Source: Antedon mediterranea (taxonomy: Eukaryota > Animalia > Echinodermata). From it: a stretch of DNA of 64,000 nt. The notes beneath the pieces are model-generated. The model saw only the letters and a program-made list of their open reading frames with translations. It was not told the DNA's origin and ran no database searches. Position 1 is the stretch's first letter. Each line of letters starts with the position of its first letter. The position numbers were made by a program, and so were the translations under genes. Below, one piece after another: positions 35,775-50,200 of the stretch. The stretch covers positions 9,667,812 through 9,731,811 of the forward strand of contig NC_092675.1 of NCBI RefSeq assembly GCF_964355755.1, written 5' to 3'.

Positions 35775-36410
35775 AATGATGTTACACAGTACTGGGTTAA
35801 AGCTTATTCAAGTCGACAGGGAAAATAGATATTTACTATTTTTCGACGAAATTGTATGCAAAATAATTGAAATTATGGACATCTTAAAATTAAATTTAAA
35901 TATAAACCTTTATATCGCTATTTGTATACTGTGTTATCAACATCTTATGTTGTCATGAAAGCAGTTTATATTGAAAAATAAGAAGCAGTTTGCTATTTTC
36001 GACAAAATTCCTGTACTATAGTACAGTGATTTTATGCAAAATCAACTAAATTATGGGCTTTTTAAAATGCAATTATCATGTATACTGTGTTATCAACATC
36101 TTATGGTGCCATGGAACCAGTTTATATTGATAAAATAGGAAGGTCACAGCGATTTTCGACAAAATCCCTGTACTCATTAGTACAGCGATTTTATGCAACA
36201 TCAACCAAATTATCGACTTTTTAAAATGCAATTATTAGACCTTAATATCGCTATATGTACATATATATACCATGGAGTTGTAAAATAATAAATATTTTAC
36301 AACTCCCTGTATATACGTATAATGTATTATCATCTTATGGTACTATAGGACCAGTTTATGTCGGAAAAATAGAAAGGTAGAAATTAAGAATTTCGAAAAA
36401 AAAAATCCTT
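35775..36410. repeat. Degenerate tandem repeat, ~155-bp unit x ~4, between the convergent 3' ends
   Basis: TATACTGTGTTATCAACATCTTATG..CAGTTTATATTGA.AAAATA..TTTTCGACAAAAT recurs at ~35925 and ~36082, and more loosely at ~36315 and ~35790. Confidence 0.8.
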
Positions 36411-37151
36411 ATTACAAAAGAAAATGTTCATATAATTACCTCATTATTTCGTTTATTTTCATCATTATCATTGTCATATTTACATAATGATCTACAAATT
36501 CTAATTATCTTTATTTTTTTCGCTTTTTTAATTGTAAATATACATTTTGCATCTTACGTTTTTGTTATTAAACTATTGAGGCCAAACATTAGCCCCTATA
36601 CGTGTAGTCAACTAAAATGACATTTTAAAATACCCATTTTTAACGATTCTGAACCAAAATAATGAACATCAATAGAATCTATAGATAATTGAGTGTTTTT
36701 ATGGAACATCTTGGCAAGTATTGTTTTAACAGACAACCAATTAATCGGTACTGTTTTGTTTCATAAAGCAACATAACACATTGAATACGCAGTAGAACAT
36801 AGAGTTAAAACAAAATATCCAATATTTAAGGTTTCTGTTTTAAAAATCTAAATATCGGATAATTGTTTGTGTCCAGCATTTAATAATCTAATAACTTTGA
36901 ATAATATATTTTAAATTATCGTTTAATCCACCGTAAATATAGCCTCGTCAATTTTATACAATAACTATTTATATATGTATATACATATGTATATAAAATA
37001 CATTTTAAATAATGTTTAACCTATACAGTGATTCATCTCTTATTTGCAGTTAGATACTCCGAAAAAGTTGGAGAGGTGGAGGAAGCGGGTGGAAGAGAAG
37101 ACCACAACGAGTAAACATTGGAGAAGAATCATAATGGAGTATTTGGACTAT

Positions 37152-37241
37152 GGCCGTGATTCCGAAGCCATAACAAAATTAACTTTATCGGTTAATTTTT
37201 ATCGGTTAATTATCAATTTTTTTGGCTGCAGAAACACGGCC
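37152..37241. mobile_element. 90-bp MITE (PIF/Harbinger-like)
   Basis: TAT|GGCCGTGATTCCGAAGCCA...TGGCTGCAGAAACACGGCC|TAT: 3-bp direct repeat and GGCC-ended TIRs. Confidence 0.75.
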
Positions 37242-38290
37242 TATGAGAACACATCCGAGGTTATCAAACACGTTATTTTCTTTATAAAGTTTGCTGATCT
37301 TTCAGAGAACTTCTTATAAAATAATTAAGCCATACAGTATCTAACACATTATCCCTGACATTATAAATAACCCTAATTTACATAAATTAAACGGTAATAT
37401 TTTACAAATTAAATGAAAATCTATCCATACAGACACAATATTAATAATTTAAATCTAATAAATAAATTATCTGTAAAAATAATAACAAATAAATGTTAAC
37501 TTTTCTAACGACATCTAACATTACAATAGTCTTTGATGATTATTGAATGCGGAGTAGTAGTCAGAGGAAACGTCATAACTAATATATCAGTGACATTTTA
37601 GAATTTCATACGAAACTGATGCCTGATCGATTACCAATACTGGCTAAGTACTGGGATAGAAGTTAAACTTATATCTTTTACCAAATTGGTAGGGTAAGAC
37701 CTAAGGAGAATGTATTTTCATTATGTTGGAAGTATAACAATTTGGAATTCCTGCCAACACCATGGCAGTATTGATTTCCAATTATTAATTTCTGAATTAC
37801 GTTCAAAGTAATGCATAGCGGCTACCATAAGGCACGTCAGTTCAAAGTTACTTTAAAAATATTAAACCTACTGTATATCGACACTGGGCATAACATTCTG
37901 TAGGCCTAACGATATTGATAACAATCTAATTGTTGGTATGGAAATGCTGACCAATATTGTTTGTAAAATATTTTTTAAACCTTTTGTATCTCGGTATTAA
38001 TTGGAGTCCCGTTTACTTTTGCATTTAAGATAATTTCTTTTTCTTATCCAGGATGTCAAATCTGTTTTCTGAAATAAACGTAGTAACTGTTTTATGATAC
38101 ATAAGTTCAGATACAGAAACAATACTATACGCAAATCAAGAAAAGAAACAAGCCTTTAGTATGCTACTTGTTAACAGAGTCTTAAGTAGCGAGTTTCATA
38201 ATTGAGGTAGTGCGGTAATATAAAGTTATAATTAGATGATTTTACAAATGAAAGGATTATGAATTCATGTTTTACAAAGTAAAAATAGTA

Positions 38291-41200
38291 TTACTGATGT
38301 CCCAGTTGGCCCCACGTAATTGAATTTTTCTGCTCTTTTGCGCATGTACGTAGGTCTAATGCATTGTGGGCCGTACGTGATATACTTCCGAGATGACTGA
38401 TGGCATCTGGAGCTAACTGTTGAGCAACGTTTACCAGACTCTGTGCTTGAGAACCTTGGCTGTGAAAGTTCCTAGTTGGTGCGACCAGTACGTTGTTATT
38501 GGTTTCTTGTTCGCCCTTTGCTGGAGAAATAGTACGAATGTGACGTCAGAATAGTTATGACCTCATGATAGGTTACTAATTTTTTAAGGACATGGGCGGT
38601 CTGCGAAGAGAAATAAAAAACGTGCAAGGTATAACAAAAATAAGCAAGCAAATTAAAACATGCAATAATTGCTATACAGAAAAGAGTTTAAACCATTCAC
38701 TCATCAGGCCATGCTGCTAACATGCCTCTTTGAAAAGTATATGCAAATGAAGTAATTTAATTTACATATTGAGATAGTACCAATATATCTCATTGATTTA
38801 TACTCATATTGATACACATTTTTTATTTAGATATAATAAACAAATAAGTTCCAATTTAATATTTTTAAATGTTATTTGTTCGTATTGATTTCGTTTGGTT
38901 ACTGAATAAATTCTATTATCAGCCCTGTTTGTGTCATGCGTAGTAAAACTAAGAGTAAAAATACATAGCAAGTTACACGGTTGAAATGATGTATAATAAT
39001 TATGGTAAGTGGTCTGATGATACTGAAGTTCTTGATTTAATATGATAAAGATTGATATTATGACGAATTGGTTTGATAATGATAATAATGATAACTACTA
39101 ATGATGATGAAGATGATTGATGTCGATGATGATTATGCCGTAAGAGGAAGATAAAACTAAAACATAGATGAGTGCTGATCGATTTTTGTATATTGTTCTA
39201 ATCGATTATTGTATATTGTTCTGATAACGATGATTGCTAAAAAAACGTAAACCAATAAATAGCTTATTATCAAAATGGTAATAGAAAAAAATACTCACTC
39301 ATCAAGGCTTGGTGGGGATTTGTAAATCTTTGCCATTCATTGTAGTGGGCGGGAAATTGACCATTATATTGCATCTGAAATTGGTTTGAATAATCTGCAA
39401 AACAAATCAATTAAATGTATTAATCTCTATATCATCATCCTTTATATTATTACAATACGTAGTTCATATTTACCGTATGCCACCAATGCCGTCGTAATTC
39501 GCATTATGTCTAACACGGTTTACCACGAATGTAGTCCTATACACGTACATGTACATATACACGCCATGGAAACCTTCAAACAATATATAACCAGAAATTG
39601 TATACCTCCCTGATATAACTCAATGTAACGCACAAATAGAAGTAACATTGTATAATTAAATCTCACCTTCTCGGCCTACATATGAACCGTTAGACGAAGG
39701 AATAATTAGTGAAGGCATGATTCCTGTCATTGGTGCCGATGAGTAGTTACTTGTGGCTTGAGATGCGTATTGAGCTACATGGTTAATATCGGGTCTACTC
39801 TGGGCTGTTGATAAATATAAAAATAACAAAGAAACATTAACAAAAAATGCAATAAATGGACGTATTGCTACACTTTATTCAATAGCTGTTGACTCTTTCT
39901 GACCCGTGCGTCGCCAGCTCGTGAACGGGCGTATTGTTAATACACAACACATTATTATTTATCTCTAACATGAATAAAAGCACATGTAGTGATTGATCAA
40001 GTTAAACAAACGGCAAAACTATTGATAGTGCGCCAATATTAAACACATCAATAATACATTGCAGATCATGCATCGTTAAACTACTAAACAAGCGGTGTAC
40101 TATACATTTATGGTTTATTCAAACACGATTCAAAACATTCATTGATCATTACCAGTATACTGTGCGGTGACTTGCTGAGTGTTGTTACGAATGTCTCTAA
40201 TTGACTCATAAGTGGACGCTCCACTTACTGGTTGTAACACAGTCAATGTAGAACTACTCATCGAAACAACTTTATCTATTTTCGGGATCACTAATAACAA
40301 ACAAAAACAATAACACGTGACATCATGCAGATTATTTACATTCACAGCACAACATAAAATGTCATCATTGACTAAAATTTACACATAAGGAAACATGCAC
40401 ATAAATACACAATTTGAAAAACAAAATAAAAACACAACAGTTCTCCGTTTGCTATTTACCCGGGTACTGCGAAACAAAACCCGGGTAAATAGCTAAGCCT
40501 GAACGGATCTAAAAGTGTTTGGTTAGACACAAATCACGCCAGTCACAGAACATTCAACATGCTGAGTGTGCATGCTTGGACAGATTTGAAACCTACCTGG
40601 TTGATAACTAGTTGTGACAACTTGGTGTTGTTGGTGTTGATGTTGTTGATGTTGTTGTTGTTGCTGTTGTTGCTGTTGTTGTTGTTGTTGCTGCTGCTGC
40701 TGTTGTTGTTGCTGCTGTAGAACTTCGGACATTGGAACAGGTGGTTTTATATCTTGCATCAAACTGACAGGGTTTAATGATGTTAATGTGTATTCCGGAC
40801 CATTTGGAACCTGATTATAAACAAAATATTTACAGTTAGAAATAACATGATTTGGTGTCTAAGCTGCTTATTCGGCAACGTTATTAGACGCCCTTTTGTG
40901 TCGTTATTCATTATTCCTTCTAATTGATCATAAAGAATATATAATTTGAATAATTCAGCAAAGTGTAACCAGCTCAAACAAACGAAAGCCTCGAACACTT
41001 ATGTTATCTTAGAGTAACTTTCTTAGTGGCTTTTAAATACATTGTCTTATATTGTGTTGGTATAAAGAAATGTATCATCACTGGGTCAGCTTGTGTATCA
41101 TTAGTCTCTTCTTTCTCAAAAGCAGGTTAAAACAAATATTGCATTAGTTTTTATAATTAATAATGCAAGTACACCAACCTGTGTTCTTGAATCGTTCATC

Positions 41201-44200
41201 TCAAGCTTCGTTGACTCATCTCTTACGTAATAATCCGACGGAAAATGTGTTCCTCTTTCGAATGCTTTTATTTGGTCCGAGGTAAATGCACTTCTATTAG
41301 ATATCATTTTGCAAGATTCCTCTGTCTCACTTAGCTTGCCGCCATTCAGGTGATGGTGTGTAGGCCCTCGCTCATTACAGCCTGAAAATGTAATACATTC
41401 CACATTGTTTTCAATTGATTCAAATTGTATTTGTTTTGATATAAATTTGATTTAAATTTGATTGATATAAAAGCAAAGGCATTGTCATTTTAGCGGAAAT
41501 GGTTGTCGATAATGCAACATTACAAGAGCCAGTCGTACTGTATTATTCTGTTATTTCATTTAATTAAAGCAACTTACATCTCGTTTCAACTAAAGTGGGC
41601 TATATATGACAGTAATTAGGAAAAGAACGAAATTTGATCAAACACAAAAATACGGTAGCGATCGCCTGCGATGAATCCGCCTATTGTTCATTCATCATAT
41701 TCTCAATATATTAAGCGATACTGTTTGACATTTCAACATATCCAATATCTGTGTAATTTGTCAAAATATATTCCTTAAATTAGCACCGGTGAAATTAGAG
41801 GTAAGCTCAAGTTCGTATAAAACACCAAGAAGTAAAATCATGGAGAAGACTAAAACGGTTCACTCTCACGGTGTTGGTTACTTGGCTAACATTCTACACC
41901 TTCATATTAATTAATGTTTTCAAAAGAAAAAGATTTCTTTATTATAATCCTGTGAATGAAGGCTGATAGACGGGGTAGATTAGGAGCAAGCACCGCTGAG
42001 ATATGTATGTTGGAGCGTTTAGTTTGAGAGGCGCGCTATCCGAATTCGTGAGCCAGACAACCGTCTCCCATAGACAAATAAATACTCAAATATTCAGTTA
42101 CTTCTAGCACTGACCGCTTTGACGTTTTGAGTTAGAAACAATTTTAAACTTCACTAAAATTAATTCGACTTGCAGTAACAGAAAGCCTCATGGAATCATT
42201 GTGTCCAAAAATATGCAATTAACACAAGGCGTGTGAAGTACCGTGTGAACATTACGTACTAAAGTAAAATTGATTCTCTGATAACATTTTACAACAGTAA
42301 AACCTAAAAGTCACAGTAAAAATTTGATAACGTAGAGTTTCAGTACAATAATTAGTGTACCGTAATGTTTCATGGTAATGTAAACAACTTTGTCCTTTGT
42401 GAATTATTAAGGCATCATCTTATTTTATAAAGTACAAAGAAGTGTTTAAATAATAAATATGGTTTCGCATGGCGCAGATTCATCCATTCACACAAGTAGG
42501 CTATGACTAGGTTGTTATTAGACTATTGTGTTTGTAGTCTAATGTATTTATTAGATACGTCTTAATGTCCTCAATGGTCACCGATGCTTGGCCAGACAAT
42601 GGTCAGTTATAGTCGAATGCGCACAGTCGCTCTATTTCGCAGGATACAGTCTGCTGCGCACGTTCTTTTACGATACGTGTTTATCAATGTAATGGAAGTA
42701 TGATTGTTGTTATTGCGCATGTACAGATACTATAATACTGACTATCAAATACAACATTTTGGTTTGCACCCTATGAGACTTTCGTACAAAATCTGCGACA
42801 GCTTGCATCGTTACAATTATGAGAAGTACATTATTAGATTCTCTTATTCCCCATTGTTGGTGGCATAACTTGTGATGATAACTATTCATAAAATGGTAAT
42901 ATGTATGGATAACATTTTACTCATACTGAGTATAACTTCTTGGAATCATAAGTCATGTTTGTTTTTGTACTCGACATAAAGGTAATTAGGCGCCTTTCAA
43001 AGCCAACATACTTTCAGAAATCGTGTGGGATCTAGAGCTGCGAATACTTTATGATTGAGGTAACTGATGATTGCAAAAATATCAAGTAATATTGGAAAAA
43101 AAATATAATGATATCTTGTCTGCAGTTGTTAACTAGATGTGTAAGCCCTTCCGGAATTATAGTGATAATTGGTGACGCCTGCTGTTCCAAATTATACTAA
43201 TAACAGAATAATTATTTGTGTATTTATTACAAATGTACAAATAGTTGATATTTCGTTTTATTGGAGTCTGTGCGTTTAAAGATAATTATATACGCGACTT
43301 GTCAGCCATCTTTAATTTAAAAAGTGAAGAATTACCAGTATTATTTATTGTTCCAACATTTGAAAATTACATTTATTACAGTAGATAGAGTTAAATAGAT
43401 AGAGTACGGTAATTTATTTATTTATACAAGTAATTTAGTTTGTTTAAAATCGCGTATATCAATGCGCACTACAATTTAATTTTTTTAAATTTGCATCAAC
43501 TGAATAAACAGACCATTATATTCCTCGTTTGAAACATGCATTTAAAAAAAAGCTATTCTGTGTTAATCACCTTTGATCGTTAGGTCAACACTGGTTAAGG
43601 AGGAAATGTTCATAATATCTCCTTAAAACCACAACCCTAGGACTAATGTGGCAACATTTAATCGTGTGTTTAACGTAAATGAACTCGACAGGAGCTCCTA
43701 ATTTTGTTTGGGTTGAACGTCGTCGGCGGTTCACATTATACCATGTGGCCTACAGACACAGACAATTTGAATGTTTTTAAGAATAATATAGAAGACAGAC
43801 TTCTAATAGCTTTGATCATTTGACACTAATGTTTCAACATTTTTAGTGACATTGCTAACTGGATGCCACCACAGATCATTACATCGGCGTTCGGTTTGTT
43901 AAGCGGTAGGCCTATATAGATACACTTTGATACACAGCAAAAAAATGGGTATATGCAATAATAACGATTAATTAAAGATGTACTGTCCACATGAAACAAA
44001 TTAATGTGGCTTTTTAATGTCACATAAGTTATCCACTTGTGACAAAAAAATGTATTAAAAAAAATATTTACATGAAAAACAATAAAATAGTCAAATTGAG
44101 TAAAAGCCAATAGGGGTTAAGTTAAATTTAATTATTTATTTTTTTCTTCGTTTTTTAACTTTATTAAAGCTACAAAATGAACCTATTCATTCTTTAAGTT

Positions 44201-47200
44201 TTAAAAACAAAATTGTATATATTTACAAAAAAAATAGCACTTTCAAAATTCTACATAAAAAAAATGCATCACGCATTTAAGATATTATTGATTTGAATAC
44301 TAATATGAAATTAATATGAAATAAACACATTTAAATCTTATTAAGTTCAGCGTTAAAATTGTACGTGATTGCCATTGAGATTTGTTGGCATTATTAAGCA
44401 CAGCAACTGTCGTACAAACCTCATGGAGAAAGCAATAATATTTATGAATATTTGGTTGACTGTAAATAACCGGACAAATTATCGCAATGTGTAAAAACGT
44501 GGATTTATAAATAAATAAATGGCGTGTGTATTTTTGTTCTGCTTCGTTATTTAATTATTTAGTCATTATTTTATGTTTTCAGATGTATAAATATTGCACA
44601 GCATCAAATATTAAATATCGTTACTTGGATGATAGACGTGCAGTACATGTATCATGAATTAAATATTGCTTTTAGGTTTTTTTTTAAATTACCCGAACGA
44701 CTGTATTTGCTTTCATTGAAGCAAAGCTGAAAAAAAATTAATCAATTAAAAAGCTAATTATCTATTTTATGAAGTTTTTTCTAAATGTTTAAGATTAGTA
44801 ATATGTTTATTGAATCTACATTACATTACATTATATGCCTTATTTTCTCTATTCTATAACAACCATTCTATATCGGATCCGCTAAAATAACATCTCATTA
44901 TGTATGCATTAAACTTATCTTTTTAACAAAGGAAGGTAAGTCAGCTGTTTCTAAACCGAATGTTATCAACCAACCCCTTCAAACATCTAAAATCATTACT
45001 CTATTTTTTGTTTTGTATTTTGTAAATATCAAGTAACTCAATATGAATAATTAGTCCGTCCTAGTTCATTTTTTTTGTAGAGAAGCTAGTGGAACCTGTC
45101 AGGCTTAGTCTATTCGCTTCATTTACTTGGCTAATAACGTTCATGTCACCCTTACGGTATTACCACGCCAACTCCCGCGAGAGTTTATGCGAGAACTTGC
45201 TCAATTAACTGGAACGGTGTATCTCGTTATTTACTCTAGTTTTTTTCTCATATGAAACTTAATGACAAACAGATATGGACATTGGACGTACATTATCTAG
45301 GAACATCGATGAAGCGTCGATTTATGCAATTTCTATGTGATTTACACCTCGTAGGCACGATAATGTTTCTATTAGAGATCACAAAATATCACACCCTACG
45401 TCTTAACTAATCCTAGTCGAGCCGAATTGAGTTTCGCTAACATTATGTATTCATATTAATATGACCGGAGTGATTAATTATTGATAGCTAAACTCGGTAG
45501 ATTTTTTGATAAATAGCTCTTAATCGTGTTCGAATGGGTCTTGATTAATATTTTATATTTTACGACACAATATTCCATACCCCATTAAATTTTACATGTA
45601 TTTTTGTTCTTCTTTATTCATCGTCTAAAATAAAAGTCTTGATATAAACTAGTGTTGATTAAATAATGTTTTGTATTTCAATAATATATATTAATTTATA
45701 TCATAATTGTTGATGTAGAAAACTAAATAAGAGTAATAAAAAAATATATAAATAATATTAGCGAAATATTCATAAACATTGCTTTATAAACATAAAGAAA
45801 AATATGTCTGTAACACATCTGTATTATTCTATAAACTAATGTATTAAGTTATATTATTGTTCACCCGATAACCTTTATTATTTTGTTTTAAATTTGCTTT
45901 AAGTATAACAACAATTATAAAATTCGTTAAAAAGAGAATCTGTTGGTTTTACTGGTAGGTCTTGATGACTGTAGTAGCGGTAGGCTCTATCGTCTATAAA
46001 GCTCCTGTTTTTTTTTTTCAATTTCTAAGTTAATTTTTGCGCTCCCTACCATTTTTAAAACTTCTAACTCAATTTAAGACGTGGATATTTTGAAGTCTAA
46101 AATCATTAGACCTGTTTTTAATCGTCCAACACTGTTTATTCCACTCGTATTTAAGTCATGTATTAACCATTAATTTTGATAGAATTCTCACTAGTAGTAA
46201 ATTGAACGTAGTTGGCTTTTACCACCCTATGCCCAGCCGAGCGAGTACGGGATCGTCGCGATAGCTTTATTAATATTCTACGAAAGTTATCTGCCTGTGG
46301 AAATACAAACACAACACGGGACGCATTCGAACGCAGCCATCAAGAACGATCCAATGAGTTATGCGTTAGCTTGTCATACACAACTCCCTGTAGACTCATA
46401 AAGATACTCACTGCTATTCTAAACACATTTAAGGCCCAATATTGGAAAATTTGAAATTACACATGTCTATAATATACTCGTTAGCGCAGACCCGCCGAAG
46501 ACGGGCTGGTTTATCATAAGGGAGTCGCTGGCGTTATTAAGCTCCAAGCGAGCAGTCGCCTATACTTTACTATCAAGAGGTGATGATGGAAAAAATAAGG
46601 GGCAAAATTCTAATTTCAGTATAATCTGCGTAATCATAAAACGAACTTCAAAACAGAAACTCGTTAAACGTAATTGATTTTAAAAACAGGCAGTCATGAA
46701 TAAAATAACAAGTTTAAAGTAATATCAACGCAATAACAAAAACAATATACACTACAGACATCTGTCTGTTCAAATATTCCAAGATGCAAAGCCATTCGTT
46801 AATGGATGAAAATAATATGATATTCTATGTTCAAAGAGATATTCAGAAATATGACATTTATGAGTTGAAGTATGTTCTATCACTTATCGCATAAACAGCT
46901 TCTTGCTGAATCGTAATTAAAATAATGTAGATAAAAATAAATACATCTTATCAGATATGTTTAGGCCTACAATGTTCTATTAATAATATATTAGAGCATT
47001 CTCGGTTTCAAATATAGCATTATCACGTGATGAATGAAATTATATTATTCTTTATTCTTCAATAATTTTTTAAATATGACTAGGGGCCGATAAAACGTTT
47101 ATGTTTAACATAATATAAAAGTAGTATGTTCATCAATGGAACTCCAAACTAAAAATATACTGAACATTATTTTGTATTCAATTATAATATACGAGTTTAA

Positions 47201-50200
47201 TAACAACACGCCGCGCTTGTAACTTTTTATCTTCCAATAATTCTTTCTCAGATCCGCGAATCATTATTAATATATTATTAATTAGCTAATAAATCTAAAT
47301 ATAGTAATTAATAAAAAATAATATTAATGTCCTCCATTTATGATTCAATACATGTCTTTACATTTTAAACTCATAATTATTTTGTTATTTAAATGGTTTC
47401 GTAATTCAAAGTAGTCAATAATGTTGTTATCGAAGCTGATTACAGTCACACGATAATAACTCACAATGTTCAGATTGAATAAGGAAATTAATTTCATTGT
47501 AAAAAATTGAATTATTGGGCCAATGATTAAATACAGATTCACTACATTTTGAGAAATTAATCTTAGAGATAGTTTATTTGAGAAGCTCGATTAAGCATAA
47601 CGTGCTTTGATATGAACTGCCCTTGATGGCTATGGACAATGAATATTAAGCACGACTGCGGGACAAATAGGAAGCGAATTGTGTTATTTACTCGATGGCT
47701 CGTAAAGTGATGACTTAACCATTTTGAATTTTTATGAATTACGTGTCATTGTTAACCTTAATAATATTGTTATAGTACACCTGCTTTTATTAGCGAAGTA
47801 TTAAAACAAATATTTCTATTCGTTCTTGTTAACAAGAGTAAGATAGCTCCGTATTCGCTAAAACGTCCCTGCGCGAGACTAAATGTATTATAGTTCAGTT
47901 CATCCATTTGATTGGGGTTGGACCCCAATGTTATAGTGCGTTTCAGTATAACCATGGACTGATAGGTAATTGTAGGCTATAACAGGAATTACTAACTCTG
48001 TTAAATTCTCCATTTCTCCAATTAAATCTCCAAGAAAAAATGGAGAAACACAACTTATTGCTCATAATTAAAAGAACTTCCACATGAATTGTTTTTCTTA
48101 TATACATTCCTGACAATCACTTTTAAGCATCAGCATAGAATATTATCAATATTCTTACCGTCATATCCCTGCTTAACCTTTCCTAGTATACCAGCTATAG
48201 AATATGAAGAACCAGTCGTTACTGGAACATCTGTAGCTGTTATAACAGAATTCGTGGACGAGGATGTAGAAAGTGACGTCATTCCTTCCGGTACTGTTTC
48301 ACCTTTTATTCCTTTATCACCGATTTTATTTCGAACAATTCTGTAAAATTTCGATAAAGAAAATAAATGTTAAGTGATTATAAATATAAAGATGATGTTT
48401 AACTTCCACCCTTCGTTTGCAATAGCTTGGTCTAATCTCAATGACACGTGGTTGTAACATGTTATTTTTGAAACACATATTTGGTTAGTAGGCCAGTAAT
48501 AAATTACATATAGGCCTATCATTATGTATAATTATGTTATTAAGTTTTTATTATGTAATTTTGATAGTCAAAGGATGCCCACAATTAAGGAAATCCCTGT
48601 TTTGCCGTAAATTAAAAATTAAAATATAATTGATTTTGAGTCTTTGCTCTATTACCCCGTCACCTCTTGTGACAGTTTGTCGTACGGTCAGATTAAAATA
48701 ACTGCCTAATGCGAAACTGATAATAAATTCGGTTACAAAGCGGTATTTGTTATTGACTTATTAGAGAGGACTATCAGTAGAAGTAAAAAGATAATTTGAA
48801 AAGTATGACGCAATCTATTGTAAACTTTTTTTAAAACAGCATCTAGGCCTAAATACTGCAACGATAGATTTGAGTGTAACATATTCTATTTCACTGTTTT
48901 ATTCTTTTTTTTTCACAATTAAAAATAATATAATAATTATTATTAACAACGCAGACATAAAGAAACTGAAAGCGATTCAAATTACAATCTTCAGATCTCA
49001 ATACGTTAGAATTCAACGAGGAGAAAATCAATATCTCAAAAATAATGTTTTAGGCCTATAAATAAATGTTCAACTTTTCGGTAAACCAAAAATAATGATT
49101 TAGAATTCTTTAAAATCATTAATTTATGTTTTGTTTGTATCTGTTTACTTTACCGTTTGAATAAAATCTTAACTAACACTTGGTATAATTTTTTTTCTCG
49201 CATTACTTCTTCTGCCAGCAATCTATCTCGGGTCTCTTAGGGTTTTGTCGGTCATAAGCGATTGATTTTATGGAATTCGATTATTCATTTATGTTTCTTT
49301 TTATCTGTTTACTTGGCTATTGAATAAAATCTTACCTATTTATAGAACTAACACTTGGTACATTTTCTTTCTCGCATACACCTTCGGCCAGCAATCTATC
49401 TCGGATCTCCCAGGCGAACATGGTAGGGTTTTGTCGTTTATAAGAAGCAATTGTGCTGACAACTTTTGGGGTAGCTACTTTTGGCTTACTGCCTCCTATA
49501 ACACCAGGCTTTATAGATCCAGTTTCATAATATCTGAAATAAAATATGAATCACATAATTATGCATTTACGTGTCGAAATGGTTAATAGAACCGTTATCT
49601 TTTATCAGCATGCATGTATTTTTTTACGCTTTACATACATAATATCTTGGTTGTTTTATTATACTTATTTGTTATGTTATTTCATAGACGTTTAAATCTC
49701 ATATTTGAATAAAATATTTTTATAACGTTATATAATATTGTGTATATGTCTTTTATAGTGTATGTTGCAGTTTAAAATACATTATAATAATTTTGAAATA
49801 CACGGATTAAAGTTTGTGATTACAGTGTATAAGCTATTAATAAGTACCGGTAATTAATTGTAATATAATATATTTACTACAATTAGAAATTAGAAAACGA
49901 AATTATTCAGAAAAATTCCAAACAGATCATAAAATAAAAATTCGATGTAAACAGGGTTAATTCATAAAATGAAGGAACGTTTTAACGTAATGTGTTTTTT
50001 TTTTCAGTTTGCTAAATGCATTACATAATCTAATTTACCATCACTTTTCCGATAAACTCTTGACATTTTACATTATTTTCTAACTTCCTCACTTTACTCA
50101 TATAAAATTAATTAATATGATTCATAATACCGGGGTTAAATGTTCACCTGACATAGTTTATGACGCTCTGTTAAATATTTATTTGGCTTGACAAAAACAT

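Noticed and set aside
39473-39610. Extra Pax exon (open frame [14 protein letters not shown]..)
   Set aside because: It would need a ~56-nt intron and ends in phase 2, which breaks the frame with the next exon; exon 39804-39667 already joins 39394 in phase.
40451-40493. 15-bp hairpin GCTATTTACCCGGGT..ACCCGGGTAAATAGC as an ncRNA or terminator
   Set aside because: More simply a collapsed MITE remnant; there is no other support.
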